A DNA stretch of 64,000 bases, from assembly GCA_963693365.1 (NCBI GenBank), contig CAVNZM010000009.1, positions 3,536,231 to 3,600,230 on the forward strand. The letters are read 5' to 3'. The notes under the pieces were generated by a model. It was not told the origin of the DNA, ran no database searches, and saw only the letters and a program-made list of their open reading frames with translations. Positions 1 to 12,165 of the stretch are shown here, piece after piece (position 1 is the first letter of the stretch; each line of letters opens with the position of its first letter). This DNA is from Amoebidium appalachense (taxonomy: Eukaryota; Protista; Ichthyosporea). Both the position numbers and the translations under genes were made by a program.

Positions 1-2
1 CT

Positions 3-164
3 GAACCTGGGTGTAACTATGCAACGTTTAGACAGATGCACATGAAAGTGCACATGAGAAAACACACGGGGGAAAGACCCTTTGTGTGTAGTTTTGAGGG
101 GTGCGGGAAGGCGTTCACTACGAAGGGGAACAAGTATGCACACGAGAAGTTGCACAGAAAATAG
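3..164 (+). CDS. 3' end of a C2H2 zinc-finger protein gene (partial, runs off the window start)
   Basis: Manual translation from nt 3: [53 protein letters not shown]. One partial and one full C2H2 finger joined by the canonical TGE(K/R)P linker; TAG at 162-164. Confidence 0.9.
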   Translation, partial: EPGCNYATFRQMHMKVHMRKHTGERPFVCSFEGCGKAFTTKGNKYAHEKLHRK

Positions 165-662
165 TGGGGACTGATAGAGGAATTAGTGTCGGTGACGTGA
201 TGTGGTATTATGGTATTATGTGCATGTCTTAAATAAAGTTTATTGACTGTGTCTGGGTGCTTTTTGTACGTGTCTGTTTTTTTTTTTGTTTTTTTTTTTT
301 GTTTTTTTGTTTGCGGGCAGGCGCGGGGGGAGGGGGGGGGGGGGGGGGGGGGGACGGAAAGAGCACTAACAGGCATACCTGCACAGACGCGACCCCCTTC
401 CCCCCCCCCCCCAAAAAAAAAAAAAAAATGAATAAATAAAACAATAACAATAATAACAATTTTAACAATCTTAAAATCATTAATGAAAAACATACGTGCA
501 CACAAATGACCCTCTCTCCTCCCCAATATATATATATATAAACATTCAATTCTAAAAACTAAACACATGGATTTTCATGCATATACTAGCTGCTGCAGGA
601 TGACACGCACTGTGGCACACGCAATTAATGTGCACACAGTGGTATAATGTTTTGCATCATTC

Positions 663-791
<129 letters not shown>

Positions 792-1458
792 CGCACGCGC
801 GCGGGCCGCGCAACACACGATTACAGGCGTGGTCCACTTAGAATAAGCATTAACAGGTAAATCCGGGGTAGAGCCTAGACATTTTAAGGTTCCTACTCCC
901 TTGGCTGTAGGATTCGTTATCAGGGCCTAGCCCCCCCCCCCCCCCCCCCCCCCCTCCCCCCCCCCCCATGGCACCCACCCACCCACCCACCCCTCCCCCC
1001 GGCCTCGAGCTCCTCCTCCTCCCCCCACTCCCCACCCACGCACACACACTCAGCATCTACACACACACACACACACACACACAAAGTGCACACTCTTGCA
1101 CTCATTATGCGAGCGCCTGACGCAACACGTGTTGCACTCGCCTTTAAGCCGGAAGTCCCCTCGCACCTGATGGACAAAACACGATCCGATAACGTAAAGG
1201 GGGTTTACGCTGTTTACTCGATGCAAAGAGAGACCAGTCTCAGGTATGGGGGGTTTTTGCTCGGAGTATGCCCTCAGCGGTATATCATGATCACGTACAT
1301 AGATGTCGGGTGATGACTATATGTCAGGGTTTACTTTCTCTACGAGACACCATAAAGACTAAGAAAAATCAATTAGTTGGGGTTCCCAGTTTTTTTTTTT
1401 TTTTTTTTTTTTTTTTTGGGGGGGGGGGGGGGGGCCCCCTCGGACACTCGGTATCAGC

Positions 1459-1490
<32 letters not shown>

Positions 1491-1492
1491 CG

Positions 1493-4030
1493 CTAGAATT
1501 TTGTAATGATGTGTTTTTCAAGCCAATCAATACATCTAGTAAACAGGTCGTAGTTACGCGTGTTAAGTTAGTATAAAATCAAGGATGTTGTAATTTACAG
1601 GTAGGCTATCTTTCTGGGTGTCTGTTGTGAATGTGACGTGTGTGTGTTGCGGTATTATGTGGTCTATCAAACTACATTTGGCGATACATCCGTTTAAATT
1701 GGTGTGTGTGTGTGTTGTTTGGGCATGCAAACGATGCCACCTTATGATACTTATTACTCGGATCTCCACTATATAGCACATGTACAGTAAAAGCGTGGTA
1801 ATTGATCAATAATACCATCAGCTAGAGAAAGACCAGTTCTACAGGGAGGTAATATGTATTTAGGTGTTATACATTTTCGAGTGCCATATGTGGCAATACG
1901 GTTAAGGCGGTCATTATATATAAAACGAGACATAAGGCTTAGTTTTTCAAGGTGTCTGCTTTCATCGGGTCTAGTGTCGTGTGGTATCTTTTTCCATTTG
2001 TTATATTGCGTGATTATCTTGTGATTGTGTACATGTTTAATAAGTAAGTGGCAGTCCAAAGGCACACACACACTTTTGCGGGGTTTATTTGTATTTGTGC
2101 CCGGGGGAGAAGGAGGGAGAGAGGGAAGGAAAGAGGGGAGAGGTGAGGAGGGGACAGGTCGGATAGAGAAGAGAGGGTGGGAGGGCAAATACTTCTTTAA
2201 GCGGCTTATGTGCTTATTGAATTTCAGCGCGAGATGGGATACTCTAGCAGCTATTGGGACCAGACCATATATCGAGAGCGTTACAGGCCCAGGTTTACAA
2301 CAGTTGTTAGATAGAAAGGAGGCAATTTCTGCTTCAAGGAAATTTGCCAAGGGTTTAAGCGCTCTAGTTCTCTCTTTCTTGATCCAAGCGGCGAGAAGGG
2401 GTAAACCATATTCACATGCCGGGAAGACAAAAGTGCGAATAAATGTAAGTCTAATAGAAGGATGGAGGGGTGTGTCTTTAAAAATATTAGCCGAGAAGAA
2501 AGCTAACCGCTTACGAGCAACTCTACCCTCTTTTCGACCATATGGGAAAACATAACACCAACAGAATTAACCGGAACACCAAGATATTTGTATTCTGGAA
2601 CTATAGGTAGAGGTTTAGATGACAATGTAAATGTGTGTAAATTGTTAGCTATATCAGGTACAAGAACACCACATTTGTCTATGTTAAGTATCATAAGGTT
2701 TGCCTTGCACCACTCTGACACTACATCGAACAATCTTTGCAGGCGTCTAGGGGTACGGGCAAGGAGGGACAGATCATCAGCATAGAGAAGTGCAGGCGGA
2801 AAATTATTAATAGAGTCATCATTTTCGGCATAAATCTTGACAGCCAAACCATCTATAAATAGGTTAAACAAAAAGGGGCTAAGCAATGAACCCTGCAAGA
2901 GACCTCTAGTACGAGCAAATGGCATATGAAAGATGCCCATTAACCACAGCTCTACCATGGGTTTGAGACAAGAGTGCTTCTAACAGAACACCAATGCAGT
3001 GTGGTACACCCCGTGCAGCAAGCTTTTGCCATAGGAGACCAGGGGAGACAGAATTGTAAGCAGTTTTCCAATCAATAAAGCCAACATATCGTGCACCAAC
3101 TTGCATAGAATCGTGCAGTGCCATTATTTGAACATAACATGAATTGTTCTTACGAAAAGCGGATTGGCATGGGTGTATGTGAAGAATAGATTGAAACCTA
3201 GGGTGATGTGCAAATAGCCTAAGTAAGCAAGCTTCAAAGAATCTACGAACAACCTGGGTTAGTGTGATGGGGCGAAAAGATGATATGGGGCCCTCAGAGT
3301 CCTTCTTAACTATGGGGATCACTAAGGCATCTGACCAAGATCTTAACGGGACACTGTCCACATTCAGTAACACACCAAGAAAAGAGAGAGCTTAACAAAA
3401 TATTAAGATCAGGTTTCATAGCGCGATCACTTTCCTTTTGTGGGTAGGAGGGAACAAGGATTTTAATGATGAAACCCAGCAGGAAGTCCACCAGGTCCAC
3501 AAGCTTACTAGAGCTATAACTAGATATCACAGACCATATGATATCGGGACTGAGAAAGGGGAGGATCGATTCTATGGTAGATCTACAGGCCACACAATAG
3601 GTTTCTGAGGGGGGCTCCTATCTTTAAACAGTTCCGAGAAATACTTATCAGAGTCTATGAGGGGGTCTCCAGTGGTATCACCAATAATACGAGCAGGGGG
3701 GCCAAATCGATTCATACTAGCAAGCCGGCGCAAGCTTTCCTTCGGAGACAGGGGCTCACCTAGTCTAGCGGGAGTGGTGTTTGGTAACAAGAGAGCATCG
3801 GGATATTCCTTCCTACCACCACCAGCATAATCACTGAGATCTATTAAATCATCAACAATAAAGTTAGTGCATGTATCTAGTACGAGATGTGAATCTGGTC
3901 TGGCTTGTGCAGATTCTAATAGGCGCATATATAGGGTGTTTCGTTGCATAGCATACACATACATCAACTCTACCCCACGTATGGGAACCAAGAACACTAG
4001 TACTCTTCGGCATCGCATGAACACCTGAAG
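1493..4030 (-). pseudogene. Decayed non-LTR (LINE-type) reverse transcriptase, multiply frameshifted
   Basis: Consecutive minus-strand ORF pieces give RT motifs in the correct order: FRPITL, QSAFR, FIDWKTAYNSV, GLLQGSLLSPFLFNLFI, LLYADD, YKYLGV. A C-terminal tail (..TRNYDLFTRCIDWLEKHIITKF*) ends at 1493. No endonuclease motif was recognised. Confidence 0.85.
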
Positions 4031-4454
4031 TAAGCCCCCCCCCCCCTCCCCCGAGAGAATGAGAGGGGGGGGGAGAGGGGGGGGGGGGGGGGAGGGGAGG
4101 ACAGAGGGAGGGGGAGAAGGAAGGAAGGGGGAAGCGGGTGCAGGTCCAGGGAGGGGAAGAGGAAGACCGGGGAGCCCAGGAAGTGAAGGAAAAGAGACAG
4201 AGAGGGAGGAACGCTGGGGATTTTTGAATTTTGGTTTTAAAATGGGGGCGGGGGGTGGGTGGGTGGGTGGGGGTGGGGGGGGGGGGGGGGGGGGGGGGGG
4301 GAGGAGTAGTAATATCGACGTCCACCCTGGTGGTACCCCTTTCCCCACCCCACTTCCTGGACGACCCACCCACCCCCTACGAAGCGGGTGGGTGGGTTAC
4401 AGTTCCCCCCTTCTCCCCCTCCCCCCTCCCCAAGGTAGCCGCAGGCGTGGGTGG

Positions 4455-4660
4455 GTCCCCCCCCTCCCCCCTGCCGGGGCCCCCCTCCGGGGGGGGGAGG
4501 GGGGGGGGGGGGGGGGGGAGGGAAGGGACCCACCTGGGCACCTGGGTGAGTGGGGTGGTGGTCCCCCCCCCCCCCCTGCCGGGGCCCCCTCAGGGGGGGG
4601 GGGGAGGGGGGAAGGGACCCACCTGGGCACCTGGATGAGTGGGGTGGTGGTACCCCCCCC
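4455..4660. repeat. GC-rich duplication upstream of the RT remnant
   Basis: The unit ccccctgccggggccccct...ggaagggacccacctgggcacctgg(g/a)tgagtggggtggtgg occurs twice, separated by G/C homopolymers. Confidence 0.75.
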
Positions 4661-4822
4661 CCCCCCCCCCCCCCCCCATGGTTAGAGCGTCTTTTCCACC
4701 CAACAAGGTTGTAACTGCATTCGTTACTTCTTTTTTTTAGGAGGAATTACTTCCGTTTTGGCCGCTTCACCCCCTCCCCCCCTCCACATACACACGCACG
4801 CACACACACACACGCACACGCA

Positions 4823-4865
<43 letters not shown>

Positions 4866-5725
4866 GCGCGCGCGCACACACGTGACACACACACACTCAC
4901 ACATACACCCACACTACACCGTGCCACACCCACCCACACACCCACCGGGCCAACGAGCTATAACAGGGGTAAGTTATTAGCAATTAACTAGAAGAATCAT
5001 TTTTAGGCTGCTTAGTTTATGTATTCTTACACACACAGTATACCAGGCAGCCAGGCAGGCACGGAATAGGCAGAACTTCTCGATGGTGTCATGAGTTTGT
5101 GACGTGAACTGAGAACCAACATACAAAGTATGCGATTGCGTTCCACTGATGTCCAAAACACCAATCAGCCACGATCATAATTTAAAGTAACCAATCATAA
5201 CGTTTTAAATTTAAACATTGGCATGCGGTCTCTCAATCTTACAAATTTTTTCGTCTAAAAAAGTTTTTAGTCTTTATGTGCCTTATCAGGTGACGAAAAG
5301 CACCACTGTATCATGTCACGGTTACATACGCTGTTCGTACGATGTAGTACATAGTACAGGAACGAAGTGTATTAGGGTCTTTTCTTGACATATGCATATG
5401 CTATGCTCAATGTCAAAACATCAACGACAAGAGAATGAGGAAACGCGTTCTTACTTGTGAAGAGTTGTGCCAGTATGCATAGCTGAAGTTGAAGAGAATC
5501 AAGCAACGGTCATGGGATGTATCTCTAAAGTGCAAGTTGACTGAGATGATCTCGGAGGCAACAGAGGATAGTTTTCGTATTTTTCTTCTTTCTCGCCTGA
5601 TATGTGTAGGTTAGCTCACGTTGTTTTGCACCGTAGCTCACCCATTTAAATAGCCTTTATCTGGCAATTGTACATTTAAAACTCGTGCACTTAATATTAA
5701 TTAGTGATAACCAACACTGTTGAAG

Positions 5726-7092
5726 ATGCTTACTCCATCTCAGGTAGATGCCCTTTTGATAGCCAACCGCGTGGCGGGTGCATTAGGCCTTCTTGGCTGT
5801 ATAGCCTCCCTCATGTTCAGTACCACCATGCGTTCGACACGCACAGGCAGGCAGGCACGACACACAATATTCCTTCACTACTGTGCCGCTGATATCATCG
5901 CCGCACTTTCGATCTTCCTGTCGACATGGCTGGTAGGCCAGAACTCAACGTGCAAATTGCAGGTAGGCCTTGCCCACCTCTATTCGTCTTTGCCTGAAAA
6001 CGAAGACTTTCCTACCTTTTTGTTAAATTGTTAAACTATTGGCTTGATTAAGCTCGGTTTGTTCGCAGCCGAAGACTCTCCATCTTGCAATTCTGATGAT
6101 CGCTCAATTGTGAAAGTTTCAGCTATTTTTTTGCTTGTCTCAAGGCTTTATTCAGCACGGTTTCAGCATTTGCATAACTGATAGCCATCAATTGATGTGT
6201 AGCATCTCATCTCAACCCCATGTATACAAAAAGATGTAACTGATGACCAGACAAGGATCAAACGTTAACTAGCCCCCCCTCCCCCCCCCCCCCCCCCCCC
6301 CCCCCCCTCCCTCCCCCTCCTTCCCCCAAGTGTCTATCTCCGGCCTTTTCCGCTGCCTGCTCAACCCATCTCACTAATCTCCCCACCCAACCACAGGGCT
6401 TCATGATGACCGTAGGCTCAGGCGGTCTCTTCTGGACTGGTGCCTTAGTCAACGACATGCTTCTACGGATTGGTTTTCGCTGGCACGAGGAACGATTGCT
6501 TCAACTCATGCCCGTATACTACGTCGTGTGTTGGGTTATGCCCATTGGCTTCGCCATCGGGCTCACGGTCGCAGATGTTTTCATTCCTCTCGGCCCATGG
6601 TGTTGGATATCCCCAGCCTATGAGACCGCCCGCCTATTGACACACTACGTGTGGTTATGGGGGGTTTCCATTTATAGTATCGGCGTGTATTTCATGCTCA
6701 CGTACAAACTCGTAATGATTCGCCGCGGTTCGAAGCAACCAATTAAAGGGGCCCCTTTGTGGGCGATTTACCAAATGTGGCTATACGCGTTCGTTTTTAT
6801 CATTTTGTGGCTTCCCGGGACGGTTTTGTATGTTTACGATCACAACAATCCTTTCAAGCAGGATTTTGGCCTTATCATGTGGGTCACCATCTCACCCACC
6901 AGCCAGGGGTTTTTCTACTTCATGATCTACGTTGGACCCCCCCTTATGCGAAACTATTCCAAGGGGAAGCTGGCTAGCTCCACGACAAACCCTACAAGCA
7001 GCACCAATCGCCAGCAACAAGGTGGGTCTATAATTATTGCCTTAACAACTAACACTCCGAAAAATCGAATTTCCCATCTTCAAGAATTTTGA
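5726..7092 (+). CDS. cAMP-receptor-like (CAR/GCR1/Git3-type) 7TM GPCR; exons 5726-5962 and 6397-7092 (or 6397-7021 plus a distal exon)
   Basis: Phase-0 GT-AG intron 5963-6396 with a CTAAT branch point joins ..STCKLQ to GFMMT.. Seven hydrophobic segments and the family-typical motifs CxLQG, GPWCWI, FIILWLPGT and SQGFF. Confidence 0.88.
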
Positions 7093-7649
7093 ATATACAC
7101 AAGTGCATGTCAGAAAACGCTTCAGAAAACGCTCGTATATAATGACTGTCGAACCCAGAGCTACTGTCCAGACAGTAGCTGCTTATATACGAAGGCAAGT
7201 ACACTTGTGTTCTCTTTTGTGGTCCTGGTGCTCTCGGGAACTTCACCAGAATCTAAACAGATCCAGCCCGGGATCTAGGTGGTGCGTAGCTAGCCAATCG
7301 GAGCTAACAACGGTGCGAGCCCTAGTGGCCATAATCGGAGCCCGGATAGCCGGGCGCAATCTGATCGGATAGCCAAGTGACTAAGAAACACACGTATTTA
7401 CACAGATCTCTCTAACAAAGACCAAAAACACCTAAAATAGAACTAAGGAGAGAGTGAGATATCATTACACACATTATTTATTCTGACAGTGCACACGTAA
7501 CATTCAATGATAAACGTGCTGCAATGTGTGTGTGTATCATAATGCGCGCGCACGCACGCATGTGTGCGTGTGTGCGTGCGCATGTGTGTGTGTGCTCGCG
7601 CATGCCTGTGCGAATATGTGCGTGTGCTTGCGTGGTCCCCCCCCCCCCC

Positions 7650-7685
<36 letters not shown>

Positions 7686-7722
7686 AACTGGGCCAAACCA
7701 CACACTCCGAATCCACCCACTA

Positions 7723-7756
<34 letters not shown>

Positions 7757-8340
7757 CCTCTCCCCTTCCCCTTCCCCTTCCTCAAACACCACTGCATTGC
7801 TAAAGACATGTACTATAGATTAGATCATATATCCCAGTTTTAAAAGGAAATTTCGGGAAAGGGCTCCAAAACAATGCAAAGACTTCATCGCTTCTGAATG
7901 TAGAATTGCCACGTGTCATTTGCCTTGAAGATTTGGGTCGGCCCCTTCCTCCTCCTCCTCCTCCTCTTTTTCTTCAGATTGTTTTTCTTTTATGTGAAAG
8001 TTTGTTTGCGCTTACACCTCCGTGTATGTGTTGTGTCGGTTGGCCGGGACGGGTGTGTTGCCCCTTCGCCCTACGTCTCCGTTTTCAAGACCAACATGTT
8101 TTGTAGGATCCAGGATGAATTGTATTTGACAAGAAAGCCCCCCTCCCCCCTCCCCCCCCCTCCCCCCGCGCACGCTCTCAAGAAAATTTTTTCGAACCAA
8201 AAACGAAAAGAAAAAGGAAATGTTGTTGCTTTGGCTTCACCCTGCCCTCATATTTAAGATCACTTGAGCCAGAGAGTTAAACAAGTTGATTACATGCATT
8301 CTATAAAAACTAATAGCCCGATTTGATTGGCTACCCACAG

Positions 8341-8600
8341 GCACAGGCACACTCAGCCTGGTTCACACGACCGACGCCGGCCCAAGTGTTCTGGTTGAAG
8401 TGATGGACGAAAAAACGGAAAGAAAAACCGGGAAAATGGAGAACCCCGAAGATGTGCCCAAGAAGTTCTCTTTGGGTCTTGGTGCTACTAGCCGTGTTTT
8501 GGTGTCGCGGTCTATCGATCCGGAAGACGAAAATGAAATGACGGAGGTTGCACGTGCTCGGAGTACCAAAAGTGGAGGTGTGTGGCTTAACATTGTGTGA
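8341..8600 (+). CDS. Candidate terminal exon of the GPCR (cytoplasmic tail)
   Basis: The phase-1 donor G|gtgggt at 7021/7022 and the acceptor ccacag|GC at 8340/8341 are frame-compatible. The join gives an open 86-codon hydrophilic tail ending ..KSGGVWLNIV*TGA. Confidence 0.55.
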
Positions 8601-8901
8601 AGACCCATACATAGGATATATTACTATGTATTGAGTGATATGTCATTTGAATTTGAGTGCTGGGGAGGGGGAGGAGGGGAGAAATAGGGGGGGGGGGGGG
8701 GGGGGGGGGGGAGCATGAAGGCTATATGTACGTGGAGGTATAGCAATGTGCGTTTGGCAACGCCTATATGTGTTTTTGGTTTTAATCCTACACACACGGT
8801 GTGCATGTGCAGGTTTATGGAAACACGAGTTAGATTATTAGCAGGCTGTGCTTTTCCTTGCCCCGTGTATCATGTATCTGTTTGCATCGAGAGTGTATGT
8901 C

Positions 8902-8965
<64 letters not shown>

Positions 8966-9871
8966 GAGGGGGAGGGAGGTGGGGGGGGGGGGGGGAGGTT
9001 GTGTTGCCGGCAGATCTGTATGAACAAAAGTGTATGTACGTGTCTCACATGTGTACGCGGTGTACTAGGCATAACCACACCAAAATGTGAATAGAACTAG
9101 AATTTTTCTGTATGCCGTCACCTTAGGTACCTTGTAAAGGCGTTGATGTCTTGTGGCTGTACCCGGTGATACTGCTCGTGTACATAGTTAGTACTAGATA
9201 TGACAATAGTGTTTGATATATGATGGAGGGATATACACATGTGTAATTTAGAATATCCACCATTCGTTGCTGCAATGATACGATATCAAGTTGATAGAAT
9301 GAGATCACTGATGGTGTATTGTGGATCCGGAACCATAGCTAAGATGTGTAAATGGAGATGTTATGAACATGGTGCCTGCCGGCACAGCTGGAAAATCGAA
9401 TTATTAATAAACTGTGAGATATATGGGAAATTGAGACTGGGATAGTTTAGTTGCACATGCGGGGCACACAAGGTTTGCCGGCTTATGATTTAGACCACCT
9501 TATTCCTATGCGATTTCAGGGTCCTTATCGTGTCTGCACAGTATATTCAAATCCCCGACGGTCACCTGACACTGTACATAGGTATACATCCTCCATCCCC
9601 CCTTTTCTTCAGGGGAGCGGGAAGGGGGGATGGAGGAGACGGGGGAGGTGTGCGGGTGTGTATGTGTGGGTGGGGGGGGGGGGGGGGGGGGTGTTTACGG
9701 AAGGATACAATTGGGGGGAAGGGGGGGTGGGGGGATAGAGAGGGAGGGGGCGGGGGGAAGATGACGAAAAGAGGCAGTGGAGGTGTGTGTGTGTGTGGGG
9801 GGGGGGGGGGAGGGGGGGGGGAGGTGCAGTGGAGGAAGGGGGGGGGGGGGGGGGAGGTGCAGTGGAGGAAG

Positions 9872-9904
<33 letters not shown>

Positions 9905-10595
9905 ACATTGTCAACATGATAGATCTAGACCCGGGGCCCTCCGGAGCCCTCACAAGCATTTTTCCATCTACCTACGTCTGCTCGGCCTGGGTCACGGGAG
10001 AGGGTAGAGATTCTTTTTCCAGTCAGTATTTTCTATAAGCAGTTTTTTGGCCAGAGTGCGAAAGAGTATGGCAAATGAACTGACAACTGATTTGGGGTAA
10101 AAGAGGGAAAATATTATGTATTGGTTGGGTGAGTGGCGGGGTACATAGTGGAAGGGTGGGTTTTGGGACGTGGATACATACCACACTGGCCATATGCATC
10201 AGTGAATGGGGAGAACTGCACTTTATATTGGGTGTTGCATCGGCCTGTTGCCTATTAAACCTGTGTGTGGGTTCTGTAACTGTATAGTTGTTTCTTGCTT
10301 TCTGCTGCTACAGCCTGAGCTGTATGATTGCCTACTCTTTCTTTCTCGTGGCGGTCGAACTTCCATTTCAGCGAGCACACACTGGCATATACAACATTTC
10401 TGAATTCAGGTTAGTGCTTGCAGCTAGGTTTTATACTGCCCAGTGAGTCCAAGTACACTAAACGTACACACAAAATTTAATCAATGTATGTTCATTTCAT
10501 GACCATATTGTGGCCTGTAAATGACATGGCTACACTGTTACAGTTGAAGTTGAACCAAGAGATTATCACCACCTCTACCTCTGCCCAATGTAATA

Positions 10596-12165
10596 CTATG
10601 TTAACCCATGGTAGCTTCCATAGGGATAATGCACCCCATACTGGCCCGGGTAAACCACTCTAGCTTCAGGATGGCCGGGATAACAGTAGTATGGCGTATG
10701 ATGGTATGGGTACTGGGGATAGAACTGTACGTAGGTGGGATAAGGCGGTGCGTACGCGGCGGGGAACTCACGCTCACTTTCTGGAACGTAAATGTTTTTC
10801 TTTCCCGTTTCGTCGGACTCCGAACTATGGGTGACCTCCATCCGAGCCAGTGCTTTTGTTCTTCATTTTTACCCCTTCCGTTCACCTTTCTCCTGCTGCA
10901 CGTTCGAGTTCCTTTTTCCACTCCGGGGTTCTTTCGATGAGGCCGAGCATGTTTTCGTTTTTTCCAGCTCTCCTCCCGTTTGTTTCTTAGGACCCTCCGT
11001 CAATTTGGGGTTCACTTCCCTGCATCTGTCTTGTTGTTTCCTCGTTTTTTCTTCCGTCTGTTTCACTCCATCTGCTCTCTTCCTCCCTCTCCTCTTTCCT
11101 AGCCTCCTTTACACCAGTATCTTCTGCCTTCTTTCTCTCAGCTTCGTTTGCTTTCTTTTTGCGCTCAACTTGTGGTCCTTTTTCTTTTTCCTCTTGTTTT
11201 GTGCTTTCCTCTTTCAGGTTTTCTCTCTCTTTTATCTCCCTCGTCCTTTCATCTGCACATGCGCCCTCTTGTTTTCCTTTTCCTATGTCCTCTTGCTGTT
11301 GTTTTCCCCTTTCCTCTTGGTTTCGTTTTGCCTGTTCCTCTTGCTTTCGTTTTTCGCCTTCCTCTTGTTTTCGCTTTTTCCTCGCCTCGACGAGCTCGAT
11401 CATGAACGTATCACGGGTCCAAATAAGCGTGTGCACGTGTCCGTTTTCGTCTATATGACGAGTGGGCAGCGTGTCGTCACTTTCACTACCCATACTTTCG
11501 CTCCCAACACCTTCTTTACCCCTTTTCATTTTTCCTTCACTTTCTTCCTGTCCATTTTCCTCCCCGTGCATTTCCCTTTCTTGTCGTTCACCTTTTCCGT
11601 CGTTTTTTTCGTTTTGATGTGCTCTTTCACCTTGAAACTCGCTTTGGCTTTGTTCTTGCTCCATTTCTTTCACCTCTTGGATATAAAGATCGCGAACGAC
11701 CCTCTGGTGACGCTCAGCCGTGGCATGGGGAACGTTAACAACTGGTATCACAGCGAAGTATGGGTGGCGTTTCTGAAACCCCTTCCCATGTCCGTCTGAG
11801 GGCCAGTTGTTGGGGAAGGGGACACCGTATTTTACTGCTGTCAGTGCCAAACGGTTCCGTATCTCACCAATAGAAGGGGCTAGGTTTCGGTCTTGCTGTT
11901 CGAAAATCCACTCTACCACTTCTCTTTCTTGCTCGTGCGTGAGTTTAGGTGGCCTGTCTGACTCATACCTAGCTCCTTCGTTTCTCACATGTGTCAAGAT
12001 GGTAGATGGTGGGACTGATTATATGGCAGATGCTGTTCTGTAAGAATAGACCTTTCTTCTGACCGAGTCAGCAGCCAACTCACACCTTTCAACGAATGGT
12101 TTATCTTTGTGCTCCAAGTTAGCAGTAGCAATCTCCTCATGTGTTGGTTTCATCTTTTTTGTCAT
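10596..12165 (-). pseudogene. pogo/Tc5-derived DNA-binding protein remnant (psq-like HTH + CENP-B-type HTH + charged and Tyr/Pro-rich tail), no DDE domain
   Basis: ATG 12165 MTKKMKP..SYRTASAI*SVPPSTI (in-frame TAA at 12021-12019) runs into RPPKLTHEQEREVVEWIFEQQDRNLAPS..PSDGHGKGFQKRHP, a CENP-B HTH pattern. The tail is split over frameshifted ORFs 10869-11066 and 10596-10841. Confidence 0.7.

Noticed and set aside
7340-7356. GCCCGGATAGC, the start of tRNA-Lys
   Set aside because: Only 11 nt match; no cloverleaf or B box follows.
10792-11799. 335-aa Phe/Leu-rich + strand ORF resembling a membrane protein
   Set aside because: Antisense shadow of the purine-rich E/K/R-coding minus-strand ORF.
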